Notes: generated by a model not told the origin, from the sequence alone. DNA of 16,060 nucleotides from Campylobacterota bacterium (GCA_051746405.1 JBNJFB010000050.1:1-16060); one strand, 5' to 3'. Shown: positions 10,767 through 16,060, numbered from the stretch's first letter. A program made the numbers and translations.

Positions 10767-10823
10767 TGTAAGTTCTCATTTTTTTCCTTATTTAAAGTTT
10801 GAATACTATTGAAATTCACTTGA

Positions 10824-10962
10824 GTTAATATTTCTATTTTATCATAAAACTCCTCATCTCCACAAGGTTTTCCTGTTCTTGTTTTTTCTTTTAGGAGTTT
10901 TGTTCTACATATTTTAAAGCATATAAAAAATGTGTTTCATCTAAAGGGGTAGAATAAAATCT
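10824..10962 (-). pseudogene. RAYT-like Y1 transposase remnant, copy 2 (middle and C-terminal pieces)
   Basis: Encodes RFYSTPLDETHFLYALKYVEQN (catalytic Tyr region) joined out of frame to TKLLKEKTRTGKPCGDEEFYDKIE; 10824-10904 matches 12140-12220 at 78/81 nt. Confidence 0.8.
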
Positions 10963-10977
10963 ATTTATTTGAAAATA

Positions 10978-11727
10978 TTACAATTTATTAATTAATTGGT
11001 ATGCTGTCCCCGGATTTTGATTTTTAAGGTTTTGTTGTACTTTTAAGTCAAGCAAAGCCATACTATTTTGAATACTCTCATCTATAAACTTTAACAGCTC
11101 ATCTTTGTTATTAATGGCTGTTAGGTATTCATCTCTATGTTCATTTTCAATAAGTGGTGGAACTATATTGTTTTGTATAGCTTGAAAAGCCATTATTAAT
11201 CTTCCAACTCTTCCATTACCATCAGCAAATGGATGTACTCTTTCAAATAAAATATGAAACTCTGCAATATCTTCTAAACTCATATTATTACTATTAAACC
11301 TATAAAGTAGATTTTCAATATCATTTGAAATTTTATTAGGTGCTGATAGTTTTATACCTACACCTTTGATATATCGCTCATCTAATCTATATGCTCCAAC
11401 TGGTTTAGAAACATATTCAGGTGCCACTTTGAGAGCATCTTCAAACATGATTGCATGTATGTCTTTTATAAAACTACTATCAATAATATTTTCTTTATTT
11501 GTAGCTTCACGAACTATTACATCATATGCTTTTGCAAAACCTAATATTACAAGTTGTTCACCAAGTGGTTTATGCCCTGCTGTATGTCCAAGTTCAAGTA
11601 ACTCTTTTGTTTCTCCAAAAGATAGTGTAGTCCCTTCCATTGCATTTGAGTGATGTGTAATTGATATACGAAGTTGCCTAAAAAGTTCTTCTCTTTGTTT
11701 TAGCGTTAGCTTATTTAGTTTTTGCAT
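10978..11727 (-). CDS. Fic-family protein, class II (N-terminal auto-inhibitory helix)
   Basis: Canonical Fic motif HPFADGNGRVGR; inhibitory (S/T)xxxE(G/N) motif SNAMEG; ATG 11727 with AAGGTGG SD. The last ~19 residues read through an attC remnant and the 28-bp repeat. Confidence 0.92.
   Translation of the reverse strand: MQKLNKLTLKQREELFRQLRISITHHSNAMEGTTLSFGETKELLELGHTAGHKPLGEQLVILGFAKAYDVIVREATNKENIIDSSFIKDIHAIMFEDALKVAPEYVSKPVGAYRLDERYIKGVGIKLSAPNKISNDIENLLYRFNSNNMSLEDIAEFHILFERVHPFADGNGRVGRLIMAFQAIQNNIVPPLIENEHRDEYLTAINNKDELLKFIDESIQNSMALLDLKVQQNLKNQNPGTAYQLINKL
10991..11018 (-). repeat. 28-bp inverted end repeat upstream of transposase copy 2
   Basis: ATTAATTGGTATGCTGTCCCCGGATTTT; its reverse complement matches 12056-12083 at 27/28. 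Confidence 0.9.
11019..11040 (-). repeat. truncated attC (R'' + spacer + partial L''), attC-E
   Basis: Minus strand GTACAAC-AAAAC-CTTAAAAATC, immediately followed by the 28-bp repeat. GTACAAC is the exact complement of GTTGTAC starting cassette 4; the spacer equals that of attC-C. Confidence 0.6.
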
Positions 11728-11732
11728 TTTTA

Positions 11733-11894
11733 TTACCACCTTATTTTTCTATTCCATATTTCTAGTAATTCTTTTTGATTATCACTTAAATCTTTTTGCT
11801 TTAAATCACTTATGTACTTTTCAACATCTTCTAAGCTAATTAACTTAGTTAAACTATCTTTTGCAATGAGCCATCTGTTACAGCCAGATGACAT
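11733..11894 (-). pseudogene. 53-codon ORF, probably a C-terminal gene remnant upstream of fic
   Basis: MSSGCNRWLIAKDSLTKLISLEDVEKYISDLKQKDLSDNQKELLEIWNRKIRW*, no clear SD; its end overlaps the fic SD. Confidence 0.4.
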
Positions 11895-12055
11895 TTGCAA
11901 TATTTAAATTTATTTATAATTGTAAAAAAATTATCATTTGTTTTAAAAATATAATTATTTAGTTCATTTGATATTTTATCCAATGTTAAATCAAACTTAT
12001 CATATCTGGGAAAGATGTAAGTTTCAATTTTATCATCATTTCAAAAATCATCTAT

Positions 12056-12083
12056 AAAATCCGGGGACAGAATACCAATTAAT
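12056..12083 (+). repeat. 28-bp inverted end repeat downstream of transposase copy 1
   Basis: AAAATCCGGGGACAGAATACCAATTAAT, overlapping the transposase stop codon (12079-12081). Confidence 0.9.
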
Positions 12084-12470
12084 CAAATCCTTGCTTTTTC
12101 TTAGGTCGTCCTGCTTTTTTATTTTTATAATTTATCCCTGTTAATGTCTCTATTTTATCATAAAACTCCTCATCTCCACAAGGTTTTCCTATTCTTGTTT
12201 TTTCTTTTAGGAGTTTTGTTTGTGTATTTTCTTGTATAAAGTCTATGTGTTTCACCTATTGCTTTGGATAATGATTCTGTATTTTGTGGTATTGCTATTA
12301 TATGTACATGATTTGTCATAAGACAATATGAGACTATTTCCAAACCATGTAGTTTTGATTGTGTATATAAAAGTTCTTTATAATATTGATAATCCTCATC
12401 TTTAAAGAAAATATTCATTGGACCGAACACCCCTTTGCGTTATATGATGGGGTGTATTTGGTATCACAAT
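12079..12470 (-). pseudogene. RAYT-like HUH (Y1) transposase remnant, copy 1
   Basis: IVIPNTPHHITQRGVRS, a frameshift, then MNIFFKDEDY...YCLMTNHVHII (HUH)...HRLYTRK, an internal deletion, then TKLLKEKTRIGKPCGDEEFYDKIETLTGINYKNKKAGRPKKKQGFD*. Confidence 0.88.
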
Positions 12471-12609
12471 CCCATCTTCTTTCAATTGAAAATATTAAAG
12501 TTTCCTCTTAATTATAATTTAAAATACTAGTTGCCACTTTTTTAGCAAATGGCTTAAAGTTTAGTTTATCATTATCATAATCATTAATTGGAATATCTAA
12601 ATGTTGCAT
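12471..12609 (-). pseudogene. N-terminal fragment of a KAP-family P-loop NTPase
   Basis: MQHLDIPINDYDNDKLNFKPFAKKVATSILNYN*EETLIFSIERRW fits the KAP N-terminus (D.PI....D.L....FA..lA..I.......i.i.G.WG.GK); one in-frame stop, truncated at Walker A where the transposase begins. Confidence 0.7.
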
Positions 12610-12662
12610 TATTTCCAACTAGATATAAATAATATTATTTTTCTCAATTTTCTTTCCTTTGG

Positions 12663-12792
12663 GTACAACGGTTGAGTTGAAGAACAAGGGGATATTAATA
12701 ATGGAATTTTGGTCTTTTTTCTGACTAACCTTAACAGATAAAAGATTTAAATTTTGCCATTTATCTTTGTTTTTTCTTACGATTTGTTATAT
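12663..12792 (-). repeat. attC site D (130 bp)
   Basis: R'' ATATAAC, 5-nt spacer AAATC, GTAAGAA...TTCAAC, 6-nt spacer TCAACC, R' GTTGTAC; imperfect inverted repeat; 6 nt after the toxin stop. Confidence 0.8.
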
Positions 12793-12798
12793 CCACTG

Positions 12799-13098
12799 CT
12801 AGTTAGTAAGGTATCTTTCTATGTCCAAAGCTCCATGAAATACACCTAATATATCTATTGTATTTTCATTTTTAATAAGATATGCAATTCTATAATGACC
12901 ATAAAGTAATATTCTTATTTCTTTATGCTCATTATTTTCATATGGATAAGCAATTCTTGGAAATGATTGAAGTATTTGAACTTTTTGATATATTTCTGTT
13001 ACAACTTTTTTTGCAATTTCTTTTTTATCTAAAGCTATATAATTATGTATATCCTTAAGCCAAAGCTCTGCTTCATCTGTCCAGTTTATATTTACCAT
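12799..13098 (-). CDS. type II toxin, RelE/ParE family
   Basis: INWTDEAELWLKDIHNYIALD...LQSFPRI...IRILLYGHYRIAY...IDILGVFHGA, a ParE-like pattern; overlaps the antitoxin stop. Confidence 0.9.
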   Translation of the reverse strand: MVNINWTDEAELWLKDIHNYIALDKKEIAKKVVTEIYQKVQILQSFPRIAYPYENNEHKEIRILLYGHYRIAYLIKNENTIDILGVFHGALDIERYLTN

Positions 13099-13271
13099 TG
13101 TTTGATTCTATTTTTCATCTCTTGATTTGAAATAGTTTTATTCTCTTGAGAATCTTTTAAACCTCTTTGAATCATTCTATCAAACGCTAATTCTTTTAAT
13201 ATTTCATCATAAGATGTGTCTTCTGGTAATGAATCAATTATTTTTTTTGCTTCTTGTTTTGGTGCTGTCAT
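13092..13271 (-). CDS. putative antitoxin of the RelE/ParE pair
   Basis: 59 aa MTAPKQEAKKIIDSLPEDTSYDEIL...IQRGLKDSQENKTISNQEMKNRIKQW; ATG 13271 with GGAG SD; coupled to the toxin. Confidence 0.82.
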   Translation of the reverse strand: MTAPKQEAKKIIDSLPEDTSYDEILKELAFDRMIQRGLKDSQENKTISNQEMKNRIKQW

Positions 13272-13288
13272 ATTAAACTCCAATATTT

Positions 13289-13323
13289 AAATATACATCA
13301 TTTTAGCAAAATGATGTATATTT
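13289..13323 (-). promoter_or_regulatory. TA promoter/operator: perfect 16-bp inverted repeat centred on an extended -10
   Basis: AAATATACATCATTTT-agc-AAAATGATGTATATTT; the minus strand centre reads TGCTAAAAT. Confidence 0.7.
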
Positions 13324-13342
13324 TATCTTTAAATGTAATTGA

Positions 13343-13570
13343 TTATTTTTCAAAAATAATTATAAATTTTCTAGAACCACCTACATCACTGGCTATTGTC
13401 CAACATTTTTTATACATATCAACCATTGTAGATTTTCCACTAAAATCCCCACTGCATTCTAGTTCCGCTGTAGCACTAATTAAATATGCGGTACATACTG
13501 AAACTTTTTTAGCAAAAGCTGAACTTGATAATAGCCCAAGAAAAACTATACCTAAAATCAATCTCTTCAC
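13343..13570 (-). CDS. small secreted hypothetical protein (cassette 3 cargo)
   Basis: GTG start with GGAGG SD; signal peptide MKRLILGIVFLGLLSSSAFA; 55-aa mature part with 3 Cys. Confidence 0.75.
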   Translation of the reverse strand: MKRLILGIVFLGLLSSSAFAKKVSVCTAYLISATAELECSGDFSGKSTMVDMYKKCWTIASDVGGSRKFIIIFEK

Positions 13571-13648
13571 TTGAGACCTCCAAATTAAATTTACCATATT
13601 CTTTTACAAATAGGCATATTCAAAATTAGAGTTTGTGGCTAATCTTTG

Positions 13649-13702
13649 ATATAACGTTTGACTTCAGTGACGCTGTGCGTTCACTGCAAAGTTTTGTTAG
13701 AC
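13649..13702 (-). repeat. attC site C (54 bp)
   Basis: GTCTAAC-AAAAC-TTTGCAGTGAACGC-ACA-GCGTCACTGAAG-TCAAAC-GTTATAT; canonical 5/6-nt spacers, two unpaired bases; 6 nt after the toxin stop. Confidence 0.92.
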
Positions 13703-13708
13703 AATTTA

Positions 13709-13948
13709 CTAATTGTAAATATCACCTCTACTATCAACTTTGAGTATTTGTATTTCGTCTTTATTCATATGGAATAGTATTCTATATTTTGATATTCTAA
13801 TTCTATAAATTGGAGGTATGTCATTACCTGTTAATCTTTTAACATCTCCATCTGGTAAGTTTTGAATGGCATTAAATATTTTTTCTTGAAGCTTTCTATC
13901 ATATTTGGAAAACTTCTTTTCAAAAGTTTTAGAATATGATATTTTCAT
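13709..13948 (-). CDS. type II toxin, RelE/ParE family (RelE/StbE-like)
   Basis: MKISYSKTFEKKFSKYD...GDVKRLTG...YRIRISKYRILF...ILKVDSRGDIY; ATGA overlap with the antitoxin. Confidence 0.92.
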   Translation of the reverse strand: MKISYSKTFEKKFSKYDRKLQEKIFNAIQNLPDGDVKRLTGNDIPPIYRIRISKYRILFHMNKDEIQILKVDSRGDIYN

Positions 13949-14193
13949 AAGTTAAATTTGCTTTTAAAATCATCGTTTGAAGTAAATTCTTCATTTGCCA
14001 ATATTGATAAAATTTCTTTTTCATCATCTGCTTCTAATATTAAATCAGCTTGTTGCTTAGTTTTTGAATTCTTTGCAATGTACTCACTAAGACTTTCTCT
14101 AATCATTTGAGAGATTGATTTCTTTTCTATAAAACTTACTGCTCTAGCTTGTTCGTATAATGTTTCATCTATTGTTAAATTTAATCTATGCAT
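13945..14193 (-). CDS. ribbon-helix-helix (CopG-like) antitoxin
   Basis: RLNLTIDETLYEQARAVSFIEKKSISQMIRESLSEY RHH pattern, acidic C-terminus, AAGGAG SD. Confidence 0.85.
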   Translation of the reverse strand: MHRLNLTIDETLYEQARAVSFIEKKSISQMIRESLSEYIAKNSKTKQQADLILEADDEKEILSILANEEFTSNDDFKSKFNL

Positions 14194-14204
14194 AAATACT
14201 CCTT

Positions 14205-14234
14205 TACATAGTGATGTATAAATGTATTATAGCA
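14205..14234 (-). promoter_or_regulatory. TA promoter (extended -10) and candidate operator
   Basis: Minus strand TGCTATAAT (14234-14226); small inverted repeat TACAT-n4-ATGTA at 14205-14218 just before the SD. Confidence 0.65.
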
Positions 14235-14243
14235 TAAGTTTAA

Positions 14244-14269
14244 AATAAGAAGCTTTAAAGCTTCTTATT
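14244..14269 (-). terminator. intrinsic terminator-like palindrome inside cassette 2
   Basis: Perfect 26-bp palindrome AATAAGAAGCTTTAAAGCTTCTTATT, 2 nt after the cargo stop, ending in a T-rich tract on the minus strand. Confidence 0.7.
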
Positions 14270-14271
14270 AT

Positions 14272-15030
14272 TTAGTCATTTACAACTTTTTTAATTCTAT
14301 TATGTAAAGCCTCTATATCTTTTGGTTGTAATGTAGAACCACCATTAGAATCGATAGAATAATCAATTTTAGCATTATAAATAACTTTTGAGCCATTTTT
14401 ATATGGATAAACTTCAAAGTTTGTTTTATTATCGTATTTATTTAGATAAAATGTATTTGCAATTTTGTCTGGTGTAACTTCCTCATTTGTTTTATAGCTA
14501 TATTTACTGATATATTCTTTGAAGTTTCTTTTTAAATTTGCATAAACTGATTTCATTGGATAGTTTGTATTGATTTCACCTTTAAAATCCACACTTCTTT
14601 TTATTGTAAGTGGTTTTGATTTTAAAGAATTAAACATGTTTTTTGCATCTAAGTCAAGTTTTTGAGGTTTATCCAATGGGTCAAACTCACTACCAATAAA
14701 ACTACTATCTGGTTTTATTACATATTTAGATGGGAAATTAGCCATAAATGAAAAATTATTTTTTGATTTTTCCACTAACTTAGATTTTATATCAAAAATT
14801 ACTTGGGTGAGTTGTCCATGTTTAGATTTACACTTACTACCACAATTTTGATTTCAATTTAGATAATTTATTGTAACTATATCATTAAATTTATATTCTA
14901 CATTTATTGAATCAATTTTTGTTGAACTCATTTGTTTTGGTGGTATTGGTCCCTTCCCGCATCCACTAAATCCAACTGCTAATGTAGCACCAATTACTGC
15001 CGTTGTTAAGATTTTATTTATCTTTACCAT
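14272..15030 (-). pseudogene. lipoprotein gene with one in-frame TGA (cassette 2 cargo)
   Basis: ATG 15030 with GGAG SD; lipobox FSGC. ORFs 14854-15078 and 14272-14775 are in the same frame, separated only by TGA at 14854-14856 (…YLN*NQNCGSKCKSKHGQLTQVIFDIKSKLVEKSK…). Confidence 0.82.
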
Positions 15031-15099
15031 TTTGATCTCCAATTTGTTTGATTTTGAGTTAAATAAATAACTACACAATAAATTTCTTGGAAATCTTTT

Positions 15100-15231
15100 G
15101 TCTAACGCCTGTCTTGAGGGACGAGGTAAGAAAACGATTTGATTGTTCGCTTTTCATTTCACTTAATACGAAACTTTAAAGCTTGAATAATCGCAAATAT
15201 TACCTCGTTCTTCTCCTAGTATTTGTTATGT
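15100..15231 (-). repeat. attC site B (132 bp)
   Basis: R'' ACATAAC-AAATA-CTAGGAG...ACGAGGTAA / TTACCTCGT...CTCAAG-ACAGGC-GTTAGAC R'; 8 nt after the brnA stop. Confidence 0.9.
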
Positions 15232-15239
15232 ATTTCTTT

Positions 15240-15449
15240 CTAAGCCCACTTTAACTTTGGTTCTACATGCTTAACAGCACAATCAGTTAAATATGAATTG
15301 ATAAGATTTTGATATGGAATCCCACTTTTTACTGCTAATTCTTTAAAGTAATTTATCGTATCAACTTCAATTTTAATCGAAATTTGTTTTTTTACTTTTT
15401 TTGCATACGGGTTTTTTACTGAATTACTAAAATCGTATTCTTCTCTCAT
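15240..15449 (-). CDS. brnA: BrnA-family antitoxin
   Basis: MREEYDFSNSVKNPY...ISIKIEVDTINYFKELA...IPYQNLINSYL; ATGA overlap with brnT. Confidence 0.85.
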   Translation of the reverse strand: MREEYDFSNSVKNPYAKKVKKQISIKIEVDTINYFKELAVKSGIPYQNLINSYLTDCAVKHVEPKLKWA

Positions 15450-15739
15450 GATAGATACTCCTTGTATTGTTTTTCTTCATTTTTAGTTGATTTTCTAGCA
15501 CTTATAATTCTGATATTATTTTCACTATCTTTATAACAATGAACAACTGTCAAAACTTTTAGTTTACAACTCAATCCAAGTAAGATAAATCTATCTTCAT
15601 CCTCACTATGGTCTGGGTCATAAATTAATCTTGCATTATCATCATCAAACACTGTTTTTGGCTCTTCAAAAGAGACTTTGTGTTTGATAAGATTAGATTT
15701 TGCTTTTGTTTCGTCCCAACTAAAATTTATTGTTCTCAT
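15446..15739 (-). CDS. brnT: BrnT-family ribonuclease toxin
   Basis: FSWDETKAKSNLIKHKVSFEE...EDRFILLG...IRIISARK...E...Y signature; toxin-first order. Confidence 0.93.
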   Translation of the reverse strand: MRTINFSWDETKAKSNLIKHKVSFEEPKTVFDDDNARLIYDPDHSEDEDRFILLGLSCKLKVLTVVHCYKDSENNIRIISARKSTKNEEKQYKEYLS

Positions 15740-15745
15740 AATGGT

Positions 15746-15774
15746 AGTATAATGATTTTATAATTTAATGTCAA
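15746..15774 (-). promoter_or_regulatory. sigma70 promoter of brnTA
   Basis: TTGACA-17 nt-TATACT, 6 nt upstream of the ATG; no SD. Confidence 0.8.
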
Positions 15775-15796
15775 GAGTTCAGAATGTAGATTTTAT

Positions 15797-15865
15797 ACAT
15801 AACGTTTAAAATGAGTCAATAAATTGCCCACAGGGTAATTTATTGGCTCCACTGATTTGTTAGTC
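15797..15865 (-). repeat. attC site A (69 bp)
   Basis: GACTAAC-AAATC-AGTGGAGCCAATAAATTACCC-TGT-GGGCAATTTATTGACTCATT-TTAAAC-GTTATGT; mismatches in the central stem become G:T pairs on the bottom (+) strand. Confidence 0.92.
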
Positions 15866-16006
15866 TTTGACATAAAAATCATTTTCAATTTTGTGTACGA
15901 ATTTCTGAAACTCCTTATAGCTTAAAGATACAGTTCCAGATTTATTTGTAAACTCGTAGCCTTCCCGACTTAGGACATTAGCACTACACTGACATTTTAC
16001 AAATCC
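15860..16006 (-). pseudogene. 3' end of the upstream cassette's ORF, probably disrupted
   Basis: …ANVLSREGYEFTNKSGTVSLSYKEFQKFVHKIENDFYVKD*, with the TAA inside R'' (GAC TAA C) as is typical of cassettes; in-frame TAG at 16007-16009 and no start codon. Confidence 0.4.
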
Positions 16007-16060
16007 CTAAAATAAAGTAAAATAGTATTTCACTAAAATTGTAGTGCCTACTTATATTTT

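Larger units (their letters stand above)
11019..16060 (-). mobile_element. integron gene-cassette array, distal end (integrase not in window)
   Basis: Co-oriented genes punctuated by attC A-D and truncated E. Cassettes: 15106-15802, 13655-15105, 12669-13654, ~11019-12668. Confidence 0.88.

Noticed and set aside
11366..11653. Plus-strand 95-aa ORF
   Set aside because: Antisense to fic; no motif.
12439..12445. ATATAAC on the minus strand as another R'' box
   Set aside because: Lies within the transposase HHITQRG codons, with no spacer or L-box structure.
13254..13574. Plus-strand 106-aa ORF
   Set aside because: Antisense to the secreted-protein gene and TA promoter, which have better signals.
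14854..14900. Selenocysteine reading of the in-frame TGA
   Set aside because: No evident SECIS-like hairpin downstream and no redox motif at the codon; a nonsense mutation is simpler. Homologues with Cys here would reopen the question.
12663..15865. Hairpins as CRISPR repeats, REPs or simple terminators
   Set aside because: They are non-identical and separated by whole genes; AAC/GTT boxes with 5/6-nt spacers fit attC better.

Overview
AT-rich bacterial chromosome segment, probably Campylobacterota/Arcobacteraceae-like (inferred from composition, an HQWRQPL-type kinase and TGnTAnAAT promoters). Bases 1-10.2 kb are ordinary: Cache sensor kinase and divergent OmpR-type regulator, EI24 protein, initiator tRNA-Met, PQQ sugar dehydrogenase, alpha/beta hydrolase, DUF2214-like protein, DMT transporter and hrpB. 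Bases ~10.3-16 kb are the distal, decaying end of an integron-type cassette array on the minus strand; no integrase is in the window, and intI/attI would lie to the right. Four intact attC sites (54, 69, 130, 132 bp) and one truncated attC are visible. Each cassette's R'' box is exactly complementary to the R' box at its own start, which fixes the boundaries. Cassette 1 is BrnT/BrnA alone. Cassettes 2 and 3 are composite: an exported cargo gene followed by a self-promoted RelE/ParE-type TA pair, with no attC between them. Cassette 4 appears to carry a KAP NTPase remnant plus a class II Fic gene. Two complementary remnants of a RAYT-like HUH (Y1) transposase with 28-bp inverted ends have invaded the array, and one end sits inside the fifth attC.
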